Origin: Escherichia phage vB_Eco_mar001J1
Length of the DNA stretch: 50,343 nucleotides
Strand: one strand, 5' to 3'
Sequence record: NC_048204.1
Shown: piece after piece, positions 28,207 through 37,591 of the stretch
Numbering within the stretch: position 1 is the first letter of the stretch
How the letters are laid out: the number at the start of each line of letters is the position of its first letter
Program-made: the position numbers and the translations under genes
Notes under the pieces: generated by a model
Seen by the model: the letters and a program-made list of their open reading frames with translations, nothing else
What the model was told of the DNA's origin: nothing
Database searches by the model: none

Positions 28207-29178
28207 TTACTCAGCTTTTTTCAAGCCGGTAATGAGCACCATCGTAAACGGACGATAAATCGTAAGGCCAGTACACTTGGAAGTGCAAGGAACCTTGAAA
28301 TGTAGGTCTTTTGGCTGCGCCGGAAGCATGTTAAACGCTTCTGGAATCTCAATGCTCATGTTCATTGGATCTTTTTCGTAAACCAAGCAACCTTTCGTAC
28401 CTTTGCCGTCAATATCCTCAAGCTCTGCGATAGAGTCGATAGTGATACCGCCGTTTTGCTTCTGGAAGTATTCCAGATAACTTTCAGTGGTATTTTCCAT
28501 TCGAACCGTCAGGACTTTGCGCATGGACGGCGGGATCAGGATGTTAGTCGCGCGGTGCTGGCCTTTGGTCACTTCCTCGATCGTTTCGATTGCAGCCTCC
28601 AGTTCATCGCTTGCTACCTGCGGGAATTTGGTATTGCCGTCATTGCTCATCCAGCCTTTAGAAACAATTTTCGTAAGGTTAGGATGATCGAAAACGGAAA
28701 CGATCTTGTGAGGCTTGGAACCCTTGAACACCAGGAAGTTAATCAACTGATCATGTGCATTTTGCGCAGCGTTAGCCTTGCGAGTTGACAGGCTCTTGCC
28801 AGTTCGCTGACCTGTTTTAATCTCATCAATGGAGATCAGATAAGCGTTACCCAGGCGGAACACTTTGCCAAACTCAGAAGTCATCAACGCGTCCACAGTC
28901 GGCAGATCATCGGTGTAGTCGGCGATAATTTTCGCATAGCCAACCTTATCAAAAGTCTGATATTCGAAAGTCTTGTCAGTATCAGAAAGCTCGTTTGTTA
29001 CAGGGAATACACGAAGCGCGGAACCTGCCGGATACTCTTTCTCGTATGCGTTAGAGCGGATCTTGTGTAGCTCTTGAGCGGTCCAAATACCCATATCAGA
29101 AGCGTCGGACTTAACACCCTGAATCTGCAAATGATTTGCTACAATAGTAGCATCTAATTCATCATATTTTTTAGCCAT
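28207..29178 (-). CDS. Major capsid protein
   Basis: 323 aa in the expected position; strong GGAGG RBS; own promoter and downstream terminator. Confidence 0.7.
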   Translation of the reverse strand: MAKKYDELDATIVANHLQIQGVKSDASDMGIWTAQELHKIRSNAYEKEYPAGSALRVFPVTNELSDTDKTFEYQTFDKVGYAKIIADYTDDLPTVDALMTSEFGKVFRLGNAYLISIDEIKTGQRTGKSLSTRKANAAQNAHDQLINFLVFKGSKPHKIVSVFDHPNLTKIVSKGWMSNDGNTKFPQVASDELEAAIETIEEVTKGQHRATNILIPPSMRKVLTVRMENTTESYLEYFQKQNGGITIDSIAELEDIDGKGTKGCLVYEKDPMNMSIEIPEAFNMLPAQPKDLHFKVPCTSKCTGLTIYRPFTMVLITGLKKAE

Positions 29179-29219
29179 TTTGTTTCCTCCATAAAAGGCC
29201 GTTACATTTAACGGCCTAG

Positions 29220-29247
29220 ATGATAGCACTTTTTGTTAAAGCGTCAA
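29220..29247 (-). promoter_or_regulatory. Sigma70-type promoter for capsid gene (TTGACG, 16-bp spacer, extended -10 TGcTATCAT)
   Basis: The spacer and extended -10 are the inverted cassette 20-mer (plus 29223-29241); 5'-UTR hairpin GGCCGTTAAATGTAACGGCC follows. Confidence 0.55.
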
Positions 29248-29259
29248 AGCGTTTTTATG

Positions 29260-30273
29260 TTATTCAGGATCGGTGATGGTTAGTCTTTGCTGACCTTTAA
29301 CGCCAGAACCATCAGCAGCGGTCCAGATAACATCAACCTCGCCAGCGGCGATAGTAGTTACTAGTCCAGTACCAGGATCTACAGATGCAAAATCACCACT
29401 TGACAAAGACCAAGAACCGGATTTATTTGTAGCACCTTCTGGAGCAACGACAACGCTCGCCTGAACGGCTTCACCAACAAGTGCAGAATTTTTCTCAAGG
29501 CTTACGGTTGCACTAGCGACGCTAACAACAGCTTTTTCGAATTGATAAACAATCGTGGCCTTAGTCTTGCTTCCATCGTTAGCAGTCCAATTTACGTTTA
29601 CACTACCGAATGCATCACTACCAACAGGAGTTAGAATACCTGTATCGGCATCAATAGTCGCAATGTTTACAGCATCAACAGACCAAACACCAGTTTTATC
29701 GGTGGCGTTGCCAGGCTCTACTGTGATACTGCATTTTACAGGAGCATTGTTTGGCTGCGGACTCTCCTTGTCAGTGTTAATTGTTGCAGACTCTACCAGC
29801 ACCACAGGAGGCGGAGGGGGTGGAACGATGAGAGCATTTTGCTTCACCTGAACCTCAATAATGTGACCGTCTTCGTGCTTAACAAAGCCACCAGCAAAGG
29901 TCCAGCCAACATAATCATCTACGCCAGTTACTACTCCTCCAACACCGATTTTTAGTTTTGAGAATGATTTCGGGGCTTCACTAAGAGAAGTAAGCGCCCA
30001 CACCCGACCGTGAGAAACGACGTTACACACCTCTCCGTCGAGAATTTTACCGCTCAGGTGCTCATATTGGGAACGAAAAGCGATGCCGTAAGGAGTTTCA
30101 CCATCAGAAATCGCCGTCACAACCCTCATTCCATCCACTATTCCGACAACCCGAACCGCTGATCCAAACTCAATATCACCTTGAGCAACACAAGCGCCAT
30201 CAATGTTATAGGTTGAAGTATCAGAGAGATTGCCAGGACATGCATAGTGCAGCATTAAATTTTCATAAGCCAT
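29260..30273 (-). CDS. Head decoration protein paralogue with C-terminal Ig-like extension
   Basis: N-terminal region paralogous to 30334..30813 (TYNIDGACV, PYGIAFRS, HGRVWALTS, AGGFVKH), then PPPPPP linker and beta-rich repeats. Confidence 0.55.
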   Translation of the reverse strand: MAYENLMLHYACPGNLSDTSTYNIDGACVAQGDIEFGSAVRVVGIVDGMRVVTAISDGETPYGIAFRSQYEHLSGKILDGEVCNVVSHGRVWALTSLSEAPKSFSKLKIGVGGVVTGVDDYVGWTFAGGFVKHEDGHIIEVQVKQNALIVPPPPPPVVLVESATINTDKESPQPNNAPVKCSITVEPGNATDKTGVWSVDAVNIATIDADTGILTPVGSDAFGSVNVNWTANDGSKTKATIVYQFEKAVVSVASATVSLEKNSALVGEAVQASVVVAPEGATNKSGSWSLSSGDFASVDPGTGLVTTIAAGEVDVIWTAADGSGVKGQQRLTITDPE

Positions 30274-30282
30274 AATAATTTC

Positions 30283-30318
30283 TCCATAAAAAAAAGGACC
30301 ATCCAAAAGGATGGCCCC
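30283..30318 (-). terminator. Terminator/attenuator between the two decoration paralogues
   Basis: GGCCATCC tttt GGATGGTCC followed by a 9-nt T-run. Confidence 0.65.
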
Positions 30319-30333
30319 AATATTAAACTCTAA

Positions 30334-30813
30334 TTACAGTTGCTGCAACTGAACTTCTACAAGCTTAATATCTTTATATTTGACAAAGCCGCCAGCGTAG
30401 GTCCAGTTAGTAGTGATTGCGCCGTCTGATTTTTCATGACCATCAACATCAAGCTTGACAGCAGTGCCGAAGACTGGTGCTGCGCTGGACTTTGAAAGAA
30501 TCCAAACTCTGCCAGATGTCATTACGTTGATTGCGCTTCCTTCTTCATAAACCATCTGTCCTTGAGAGTTAACAGTTTGCCAGTGAGAACGAATTGCCAC
30601 ACCGTAAGGATATTTTCCTGTTTCCATGCGCTTAATAAGTTTATGACCTTCAACCGCTTGCACTGCGACAACCTGCACGGCAGTACCAACAAGAATTTCT
30701 CCACCTTCACTAACGACGCAAGCGCCGTCAATGTTGTATTTAGAAGTGTCAGCAACCATGCCAGGTAGTGCGATCGCCATAGTGTCAAAATAACTTGCTC
30801 CAATTTTAGCCAT
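30334..30813 (-). CDS. Head decoration protein (lambda gpD-like)
   Basis: 159 aa; DTSKYNIDGACVV resembles gpD; AAGGAG RBS. Confidence 0.5.
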   Translation of the reverse strand: MAKIGASYFDTMAIALPGMVADTSKYNIDGACVVSEGGEILVGTAVQVVAVQAVEGHKLIKRMETGKYPYGVAIRSHWQTVNSQGQMVYEEGSAINVMTSGRVWILSKSSAAPVFGTAVKLDVDGHEKSDGAITTNWTYAGGFVKYKDIKLVEVQLQQL

Positions 30814-30825
30814 TTTAATTACTCC

Positions 30826-31941
30826 TTATTTCAGTTTCTCAAAACGAGCGTTAGGATTCAGCTTAGAACCTGCGTCATCCTGTTTTTCATTAGCGAAAGA
30901 GTCACCTTTAATGCTCTTACGCTGCGCCGCCATTTTATCAGAGTTTTTGGCGATGTCGAAAGCTGTTTCGATATAGGCATCAGTTTTATCGGAAACGTCA
31001 TTGCCCATAACTTCTTTGATGTATGCAACCTTGATTGCTTTAGCATCCAGGCCGTCGCACTTGATGCCTAACTCTTTAGCGTCTGCCACTAATTGAGCAT
31101 ATTGCTCGGCATCTTCTTTGGCCTTCTTGACTGCGGCATCAATCTGATCCTGAATGCCATCTACTTTGGATTGCAGCGCATCGCGCTCAGCTTCCAAGCC
31201 GTCCGCCTTTTCTTTCTGTGCTTTGGCATCAGCTTTCAGTGATTCAATGTGATCCGCAACTGCTTTCGGAACATCAAATTCTACAGCGCCATCCAGTTTA
31301 ATTTTTACAGTCATGATTTGATCCTCTTTGTTGTTAATAACTTCGTCACTATACGGAAAATCTTGCTGACTATCAAGGTTTAATTTTGCGATACCAGCAC
31401 GGCCTCTGAAAACTAACGCGATGTGGTTTACCTTGATTTCAGTCTGGATTGCATCAAACTTAACCCAATCAGGAGAATCAGGTTTCCAGTCTTCGCTAAC
31501 ATCCTCATCGAAAACGTACTCACCAGTTTTATTATTGCCCCAGCCTGGTTTATCAATATCAACCGATGTATAACCAACTGAAATTTCCGCCGTGTCTCGC
31601 TTCTTCGCGCTTTCGATTGCTCGTTTTGAGTAAATGCTTAACGGAACCTCTACGCCGATCCCGTTCGGCACGCCAGCGCCAGCACAAGAACCAACCACAA
31701 CCTTTTCGGCGTTTTCTGGCGTTACCGTGACGTGACCAACCGTGACTGGCTTACCTGCGAAGGTGGCGAGCGAGTCGGCCTTGAATACTTCGGACGCCGG
31801 ACGAAATTCTCTGCGCTCACCGAAAGGAGTCTGATAGACTTGTAAACCAATTCGCGCCACGATAGGGCGATCAACTAAAAACCCGTTATCATCAAAGTGC
31901 GCCTTTACTTTGGCGCTATCAAATCTTTGTTTTGCCTTCAT
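30826..31941 (-). CDS. Putative scaffolding protein / prohead protease
   Basis: Position between head morphogenesis and decoration genes; C-terminal coiled-coil (KADAKAQKEKADGLEAERDALQSK). Confidence 0.4.
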   Translation of the reverse strand: MKAKQRFDSAKVKAHFDDNGFLVDRPIVARIGLQVYQTPFGERREFRPASEVFKADSLATFAGKPVTVGHVTVTPENAEKVVVGSCAGAGVPNGIGVEVPLSIYSKRAIESAKKRDTAEISVGYTSVDIDKPGWGNNKTGEYVFDEDVSEDWKPDSPDWVKFDAIQTEIKVNHIALVFRGRAGIAKLNLDSQQDFPYSDEVINNKEDQIMTVKIKLDGAVEFDVPKAVADHIESLKADAKAQKEKADGLEAERDALQSKVDGIQDQIDAAVKKAKEDAEQYAQLVADAKELGIKCDGLDAKAIKVAYIKEVMGNDVSDKTDAYIETAFDIAKNSDKMAAQRKSIKGDSFANEKQDDAGSKLNPNARFEKLK

Positions 31942-31951
31942 TTAACACCTC

Positions 31952-32707
31952 TTAACTGTTCCAATCTGGTATGGCCCAACAACGACAACCGAAAGGCTCA
32001 CCAGGAAAATCATGTTCAGAATCTAGCGCAATGCGCTTACCCTCCCATTGTACATGCTGCAATCGTTCTCTGTCATCAAGCATACCATGCCAAAAATAAT
32101 GAGTTACTTTTGCATCATAAAGACGCTGGCGCATGAGTCTACTATTCCAAGCGCCTATGATATTTTCAGCCCTTGTCTTACCCCAAGAGCTATACACTGC
32201 AAATCTCTTACCAGCCAATTCATTAACCTGACTATCTCTCATTCCGCGAAAGTTTGCCGATCTAATATTGGTTGACCAGTCAGACACGATGTTTCCAAAT
32301 AGCTTTTGAAGAGATGCGATCGTCATGTCATGCCATTGACCGTATAGCGTCCTATACCAACTCTCATTCGCATTGGCCCCAATAGCCATAAGAATGATAA
32401 CAGCGGAATTTGACTTACCTCCCGTTGATTTCGCTACGTTAATAAATTGCTTTGCGTTGAATTTATAAACAGCAAGGCCGATAGCCGGAAGTGATGCGGC
32501 GATGCCAGCTATTAGCTTTAACGCGAAGCTACTAATCTCATCCTCTGCGGCGTTGATTTCTTCGGTGTCCGCGTCAAATTTCATTTCCTTTGTTTTGCTG
32601 CGCATCAGCACAACAAGATCCCTTATCGCCTCCTGAATTGAGCGGCGCAATTGCCGCTCGCTTGCTTCAGGAAAGCGCCATTGTTTAACGACGCCTTTCA
32701 CTATCAT
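31952..32707 (-). CDS. Head morphogenesis protein (minor capsid, SPP1 gp7-like)
   Basis: Position immediately after portal, start overlapping portal stop. Confidence 0.5.
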   Translation of the reverse strand: MIVKGVVKQWRFPEASERQLRRSIQEAIRDLVVLMRSKTKEMKFDADTEEINAAEDEISSFALKLIAGIAASLPAIGLAVYKFNAKQFINVAKSTGGKSNSAVIILMAIGANANESWYRTLYGQWHDMTIASLQKLFGNIVSDWSTNIRSANFRGMRDSQVNELAGKRFAVYSSWGKTRAENIIGAWNSRLMRQRLYDAKVTHYFWHGMLDDRERLQHVQWEGKRIALDSEHDFPGEPFGCRCWAIPDWNS

Positions 32708-33996
32708 TGATTGCTACCCTCGGTTGTTCCTGGCTCCGGCTCTACGTCCTGCTCAGGTAATTTAATGTTATTGCCGTCTTTTAGTTTAACGTTAGGCGCA
32801 ATGGCTCGCAATGTGTCGCGCGCCTCCTCTGTATCCATGAATTGACCGTCAATAGCCTTGCTCAAAGAATCAATATTCTTGTTCAAGATCTCGGCCTGGT
32901 CCTTTTCGCTGGGAACGCTTAACGGCGCAAAGTGAATACTCCATTCTTCCTCTTGAATCAGGAACGGGATCAGAAATTCAAGGATTGGTTTGTATTCTTC
33001 CTTTCGCTTTCTGTCGATCAGCTTGTAGAAGGTTTCAAGCGCCGTGTTTTGGCTCGCGCTAACACCGCCAACGTTCTTGTTTTTGAGGATGATTTCATGG
33101 ATGCCGGAAAGAGATACAATGCGATCCATCTTCTTTTCCAGAAATGAATCGACGCCGGAAATATCAGAATTTAAAACATCATATTCCTCATCTTCCGCAT
33201 CAATGCCGATCGCACGGCCAACTCCACCCTCATCATCAACTTGAGCAAGGCGCAAACGTGCGGCGTTAACACCATCATCATCATCACAAAGATCGGCAAG
33301 TCCTTTAGCTTTCCATACTGCCTGTTGCTTACGTCGCAACAATTGAGTTGCTAAGTTTTCGCAGTAGTTGTAATCACAAATAGCCTCAACCAATCGCTTA
33401 TTCAGGATTGACTCACCCCAACCATCATTTGACTGACGTCGCTGATTTGGTAGCCGCTCACCGTCGATAATACAGACTCGCGAATAGTGAACCTGATATT
33501 CTGGCAAGTCCGCACCAGGTGAAATGGTGTAAATTAATGGCTCACCATATCGCACCTTACGTGGATTAGTTTCGCGCTTTTCTACGCGAACCTGAAAGCG
33601 ATCGTAAACGCGAACATCTTCAAGGATTGCACCAAGCGCTACAGGTGACTTTAATGCCCTGCCATCCTGAACGATTGCCACGATTGCAGCGCCACCAAAA
33701 AGACGCGACCAGCAAAGCGCATCAATGATTTTATCGTTTAGTCGCTTCTCATCCCACAAAGATCTAAAACTCTCCTCATCTTCCACGCCATCAATATTAA
33801 ATCCAGGTGTCACCATTTCTTCTGGAACAACGTCGATAATTCGTTTTGCTAGGCCGTCGCGAATGTAAAAATCAGCGTGCGTGGTGTATTCGAACCCTTG
33901 CATAAAGAAAGGCAACTCCACACGCCCATTGCCCTTGCTGCCCTTGAAAATCTCGTTGTATCCATCGGCCTTAACTAGCCTTGTTTTTTCACTCAT
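32704..33996 (-). CDS. Portal protein
   Basis: 430 aa directly downstream of large terminase; acidic C-terminus; start at MSEKTRL. Confidence 0.7.
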   Translation of the reverse strand: MSEKTRLVKADGYNEIFKGSKGNGRVELPFFMQGFEYTTHADFYIRDGLAKRIIDVVPEEMVTPGFNIDGVEDEESFRSLWDEKRLNDKIIDALCWSRLFGGAAIVAIVQDGRALKSPVALGAILEDVRVYDRFQVRVEKRETNPRKVRYGEPLIYTISPGADLPEYQVHYSRVCIIDGERLPNQRRQSNDGWGESILNKRLVEAICDYNYCENLATQLLRRKQQAVWKAKGLADLCDDDDGVNAARLRLAQVDDEGGVGRAIGIDAEDEEYDVLNSDISGVDSFLEKKMDRIVSLSGIHEIILKNKNVGGVSASQNTALETFYKLIDRKRKEEYKPILEFLIPFLIQEEEWSIHFAPLSVPSEKDQAEILNKNIDSLSKAIDGQFMDTEEARDTLRAIAPNVKLKDGNNIKLPEQDVEPEPGTTEGSNQ

Positions 33997-34007
33997 CGTC
34001 AAATCTC

Positions 34008-34037
34008 CATAATAAAAAGGCTGGAAAAATCCAGCCT
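34008..34037 (-). terminator. Stem-loop between large terminase and portal genes
   Basis: AAGGCTGGA...TCCAGCCTT followed by TTTTATT. Confidence 0.55.
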
Positions 34038-34047
34038 TGATTATATA

Positions 34048-34069
34048 ACTTTTTAGCAATTAGTGCTAT
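34048..34069 (-). repeat. Degenerate cassette copy (TAAATAGCACTAATTGCTAAAAAG) with adjacent TATAAT
   Basis: Overlaps the large terminase stop codon; spacing unlike the canonical cassette. Confidence 0.35.
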
Positions 34070-35637
34070 TTATTGCGTAGACCAGCCAGCTTTTTCATCC
34101 TTGCCACCGGATCATCTGCCAAGTTCATTTCGACGTTAACAGCATCAACTATATTATCGACAATATCATCATGGGGATGAGAATCATCAAAAGTGAATGC
34201 TGCAACCTCTGCCAGTATCTCAGGCAGCATGGGGTGATTTTCTGGCAGCGCCACACGTCCGGCCCTCATTACTGGCGCGGCGTCCATTGCTCGCGTCACC
34301 TTGTCATTGCTTCGCTGAACGGGATTTATATCAATCGGGATCTTCTTTTTGGCCCCCTGAATCAAACCCGTGCCGCTGGCCTTATCCTCAATATGGATAC
34401 GTCGCAAGCTGCCACACTCCTTATTGCGCTTCCAGCACTGGTTAACGAAGGCAATAAAATTTAATTCAAGATCCGGCGCTTCCCACTTTCCGCGAATGCC
34501 ATCAATGAAGTAAACGCGATTCTTATACATACCCCAATAACAAAAAACTGAATAGTCATTAAGCTCTCCGGCCTTCTGCGCGGTATCTCCAGTGATAAAT
34601 GTGTATTCAAAGCGATCCGGTTTAGGAAGTGCGCATTTTTCGCCGCTGCCGTAATACTGGAACCACTCTGTTTTAAACACATTCCCGCCCAGCGCGATTG
34701 GTTGCTGTTGGTATTGGCTGGCGAACGTGTAAGGATCTGCATTGCGCAATGCAAGCAATTCCTCCGCGCTTTCCTTTGCAGGCCAAAATGAATAATGAGC
34801 AACGCCATCTATCATCACTGGCTTACTGGACAAAACATCGCGATCAAACTCTGGCTTTAACCAATCAGGAAGCGTTTCCCGATAATCCTCGGTAACGAGC
34901 GCCGGAATGCTCACGACCTTAAATTTGATGCCGCCCATACCGCCATTCGTCATAAACCAAGTCGAATCATTGACGTGTAGCCGCTGCTGAACCATTACAA
35001 TGGGCGTGGTGTCTTTCATTCGACGAGATCGCACGGTGTTTTTTAGGCGCATGTGTCCGGCTTCGCGCTTCGTCTTTGATAGCTGATCGTCTGGTTTGTC
35101 TGGATCGTCGAGAACCAGCATACCAGTGAAGCCATCATCCATGTAACCACCACGTAATCCCGTTACCTGTCCGCCAATGGATCGTGAATTGAGTTGCAGC
35201 CAGACTTTACCATCACGATTAAGCACAGCTATATCTTTTGCGCTGGCCTTTGCCATCTTGCAAGGCCATAGCTCTTGCCATTCCGGCGAACCGATAATCT
35301 CCCTTACTCGAATGCTGTTTTGCTGCACAAGTCCATCACTAAACGAAAGGTTTAAATTTCGCACCTTCTTGCTTTTCAGCATTGCGTAAACTGGCATGTG
35401 GATCGAGAATATTTCCGTTTTTGACGAACCAGGAGCAACGTTGAAAATCACGTTCTGCTCCTTGCCACTAATCACATCCTCAAGGCATCGGCAGATATAT
35501 GATAAATGCCAGTTACCTAAAAACTTTTGCCCCTGTAGCAAGCTAAACCAAATGCGGATCATCTTTTCGAATGAGTGGGCGCTCATTTCTTTAATGGCGC
35601 GTTTCTGCGCCGCTGTTAAGTCCTCCCAAATAATCAT
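34066..35637 (-). CDS. Terminase large subunit
   Basis: 523 aa with ATPase-like N-terminal region; position between small terminase and portal. Confidence 0.75.
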   Translation of the reverse strand: MIIWEDLTAAQKRAIKEMSAHSFEKMIRIWFSLLQGQKFLGNWHLSYICRCLEDVISGKEQNVIFNVAPGSSKTEIFSIHMPVYAMLKSKKVRNLNLSFSDGLVQQNSIRVREIIGSPEWQELWPCKMAKASAKDIAVLNRDGKVWLQLNSRSIGGQVTGLRGGYMDDGFTGMLVLDDPDKPDDQLSKTKREAGHMRLKNTVRSRRMKDTTPIVMVQQRLHVNDSTWFMTNGGMGGIKFKVVSIPALVTEDYRETLPDWLKPEFDRDVLSSKPVMIDGVAHYSFWPAKESAEELLALRNADPYTFASQYQQQPIALGGNVFKTEWFQYYGSGEKCALPKPDRFEYTFITGDTAQKAGELNDYSVFCYWGMYKNRVYFIDGIRGKWEAPDLELNFIAFVNQCWKRNKECGSLRRIHIEDKASGTGLIQGAKKKIPIDINPVQRSNDKVTRAMDAAPVMRAGRVALPENHPMLPEILAEVAAFTFDDSHPHDDIVDNIVDAVNVEMNLADDPVARMKKLAGLRNK

Positions 35638-36179
35638 TGTAATAACCTCTCTATTTCATCTTTTGAAAAACTACGATCTACACAATGGGTATGCAGCTTA
35701 ACTTTTGCTTTTGCGTATGCTGCGCGGCATTCCTCCTTCGTGTCGAAAAATCCAAGAAAGAAAACCATCCCGTTAACCTTGATTCGCGAATGCCATTTAC
35801 CCACTCTCTTCTCAAAGTATCCGCCAGTTATTTCGCTATATTCCCTGTTTTGCTGATTCTCAGATCCTGAAACATCGCTTAAGTTATCGGCCTTATTGTT
35901 TAGCTTATTGCCATCATTGTGATCTACAAATTCAGGCCAATAGCCATACACCAAAAACCAAACAACACTATGCGCCATAAATCGCCTACCGCCTTTTAAC
36001 TGGCCTCGGAAGTATCCATCTTTTGTTATTTCAACAAAAGCCTCTTTTCCGTTCTTTTTGGCGTGATACATGTTCTTAAATCTAAGGCATGTTGACGATG
36101 ACTCATCGTAATAAACATGCTTTAAAATCAGTTCTTCTTCCTCTTTCGTGACTGGTTTTGCTTTTCCGTTTACATGCAT
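35634..36179 (-). CDS. HNH-AP2 homing endonuclease inserted between the terminase subunit genes
   Basis: VDHNDGNKLNNKADNL HNH motif; C-terminal AP2-like segment; start at MHVNGK. Confidence 0.75.
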   Translation of the reverse strand: MHVNGKAKPVTKEEEELILKHVYYDESSSTCLRFKNMYHAKKNGKEAFVEITKDGYFRGQLKGGRRFMAHSVVWFLVYGYWPEFVDHNDGNKLNNKADNLSDVSGSENQQNREYSEITGGYFEKRVGKWHSRIKVNGMVFFLGFFDTKEECRAAYAKAKVKLHTHCVDRSFSKDEIERLLQ

Positions 36180-36220
36180 AATAAAAACCCCCAACATTAC
36201 GCCAGGGGTAAATTTTAGAG

Positions 36221-36754
36221 TTATTGGTTTAGCATGTCCAGAACATCATGCACAGCCTCTTTCACCTCATCGGCAGTTACTGCGTCAATGCTTGCATTAG
36301 CTGCCGCGCTCGCTTCAACGCTCACTGTTGCTGGCTTCTCTACTCCGATCTCTTTACCGATAAATCCAGCATTAATCATGTTATTTGCCGCAAGCTGGAA
36401 TTTTTGCTCGTAAATTACTTTATCAACAAACTCCATCACATCGCAGAATCCAGGCTCTTTACGCCATTTGCTTACAGCAGCCTCAGTCACGCCGAGATAC
36501 AAGCTGAATCCGTTAACCGTGAAAACGCGAGGCTTGTAAACTCTGCTCTCGTACACGTCACCCTGAAAGGAAGCAGTTTCAGCCGCCTGGATGTGATTCT
36601 CTTCGGCCCAAGTGAAATAGCGGATCGCCATATCAAAAACCTGTTCCGGCGTGTACTTGTGGCGGTTGTTTAGCGTAACAATATCGCCATAGGTTTTATT
36701 ATATAACTCTTTGAAATTTAATGCCTTTACAGCAGGCTCAACGTTTTTAGCCAT
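36221..36754 (-). CDS. Terminase small subunit (putative)
   Basis: Position upstream of large terminase; strong AGGAGG RBS at MAKNVEP. Confidence 0.5.
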   Translation of the reverse strand: MAKNVEPAVKALNFKELYNKTYGDIVTLNNRHKYTPEQVFDMAIRYFTWAEENHIQAAETASFQGDVYESRVYKPRVFTVNGFSLYLGVTEAAVSKWRKEPGFCDVMEFVDKVIYEQKFQLAANNMINAGFIGKEIGVEKPATVSVEASAAANASIDAVTADEVKEAVHDVLDMLNQ

Positions 36755-36800
36755 TGTTAATCCTCCTTTGGTTAGATGCCTGATTATACCAAACAACGGG

Positions 36801-36833
36801 CAATAAAAAACCCGCCGTGCGGCGGGTGATTTT
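36801..36833. terminator. Stem-loop upstream of the packaging genes
   Basis: CCCGCCG tgc GGCGGG flanked by A-run and T-run. Confidence 0.6.
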
Positions 36834-37057
36834 TAAGCTGTATATTTTACTTTCCCATCTTTGGCTCGAATGGAATTTAGGATCTTGCTACCGATCATCA
36901 GGTATTGACCACGTACAAGCCATTTCTTTTGTTTTTCGCTCCAGATTGCAGAAGCGCACCAACCTTTATTAATCACGAACTTATAAGCAAAGCGCATGAC
37001 AACGGAAAAGATAATGATAGCCATGATAAAACCAATGCAGAAAGATAATGCGATCAT
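36833..37057 (-). CDS. Small membrane protein
   Basis: Hydrophobic N-terminal helix; GAGGG RBS. Confidence 0.5.
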   Translation of the reverse strand: MIALSFCIGFIMAIIIFSVVMRFAYKFVINKGWCASAIWSEKQKKWLVRGQYLMIGSKILNSIRAKDGKVKYTA

Positions 37058-37221
37058 TGTAAAGCCCTCACAAGGTTAATCGAAAATTGATGTGTTTCAG
37101 GATTAGCGCCCGATTGCTCTTTTGCTTTTGCTACTGCTTCCAGTTCATCAAGAGCATCAACTACGCATTCATATTCCTGTTTGCATGATTGGCAATTACG
37201 CCCCATTCTCCGGATCGTCAT
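37054..37221 (-). CDS. Small Cys-containing protein (55 aa)
   Basis: Stop overlaps start of next gene (ATGA); start codon uncertain. Confidence 0.35.
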   Translation of the reverse strand: MTIRRMGRNCQSCKQEYECVVDALDELEAVAKAKEQSGANPETHQFSINLVRALQ

Positions 37222-37429
37222 CTTCACTTTGTAATTCATCAGCGACAACCTCACGCTTAATGCTGGTAATATTGTGAATCGGGTAAGCAACATTTCCAAT
37301 AGAAATGTAAGTTTCGTCACCGTCCAGCTGATCCTCTGTCGCTTCTACTGTAAAGCATTTAACAAAGCTCTTGAGAAAAGGATGGATAACGGTATCACGG
37401 AAAGAAACGGTTAATTTGTATTTAATCAT
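37196..37429 (-). CDS. Hypothetical acidic protein (77 aa)
   Basis: Track ORF; acidic C-terminus DDDPENGA. Confidence 0.5.
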   Translation of the reverse strand: MIKYKLTVSFRDTVIHPFLKSFVKCFTVEATEDQLDGDETYISIGNVAYPIHNITSIKREVVADELQSEDDDPENGA

Positions 37430-37591
37430 TTTGGATCTCCATTAAAAAAGGCGATACGTCTTACGGATTATTTTGCATTGCAAAAACCTCCTGCATATCG
37501 CCGTTGTTGTGTGACTATCGCGTCACGCGTTCGGGCTAAGCCGCTCTTATGTAAACGACGCCATGCTAACCAATCAGGAAACAGTTGTCAA

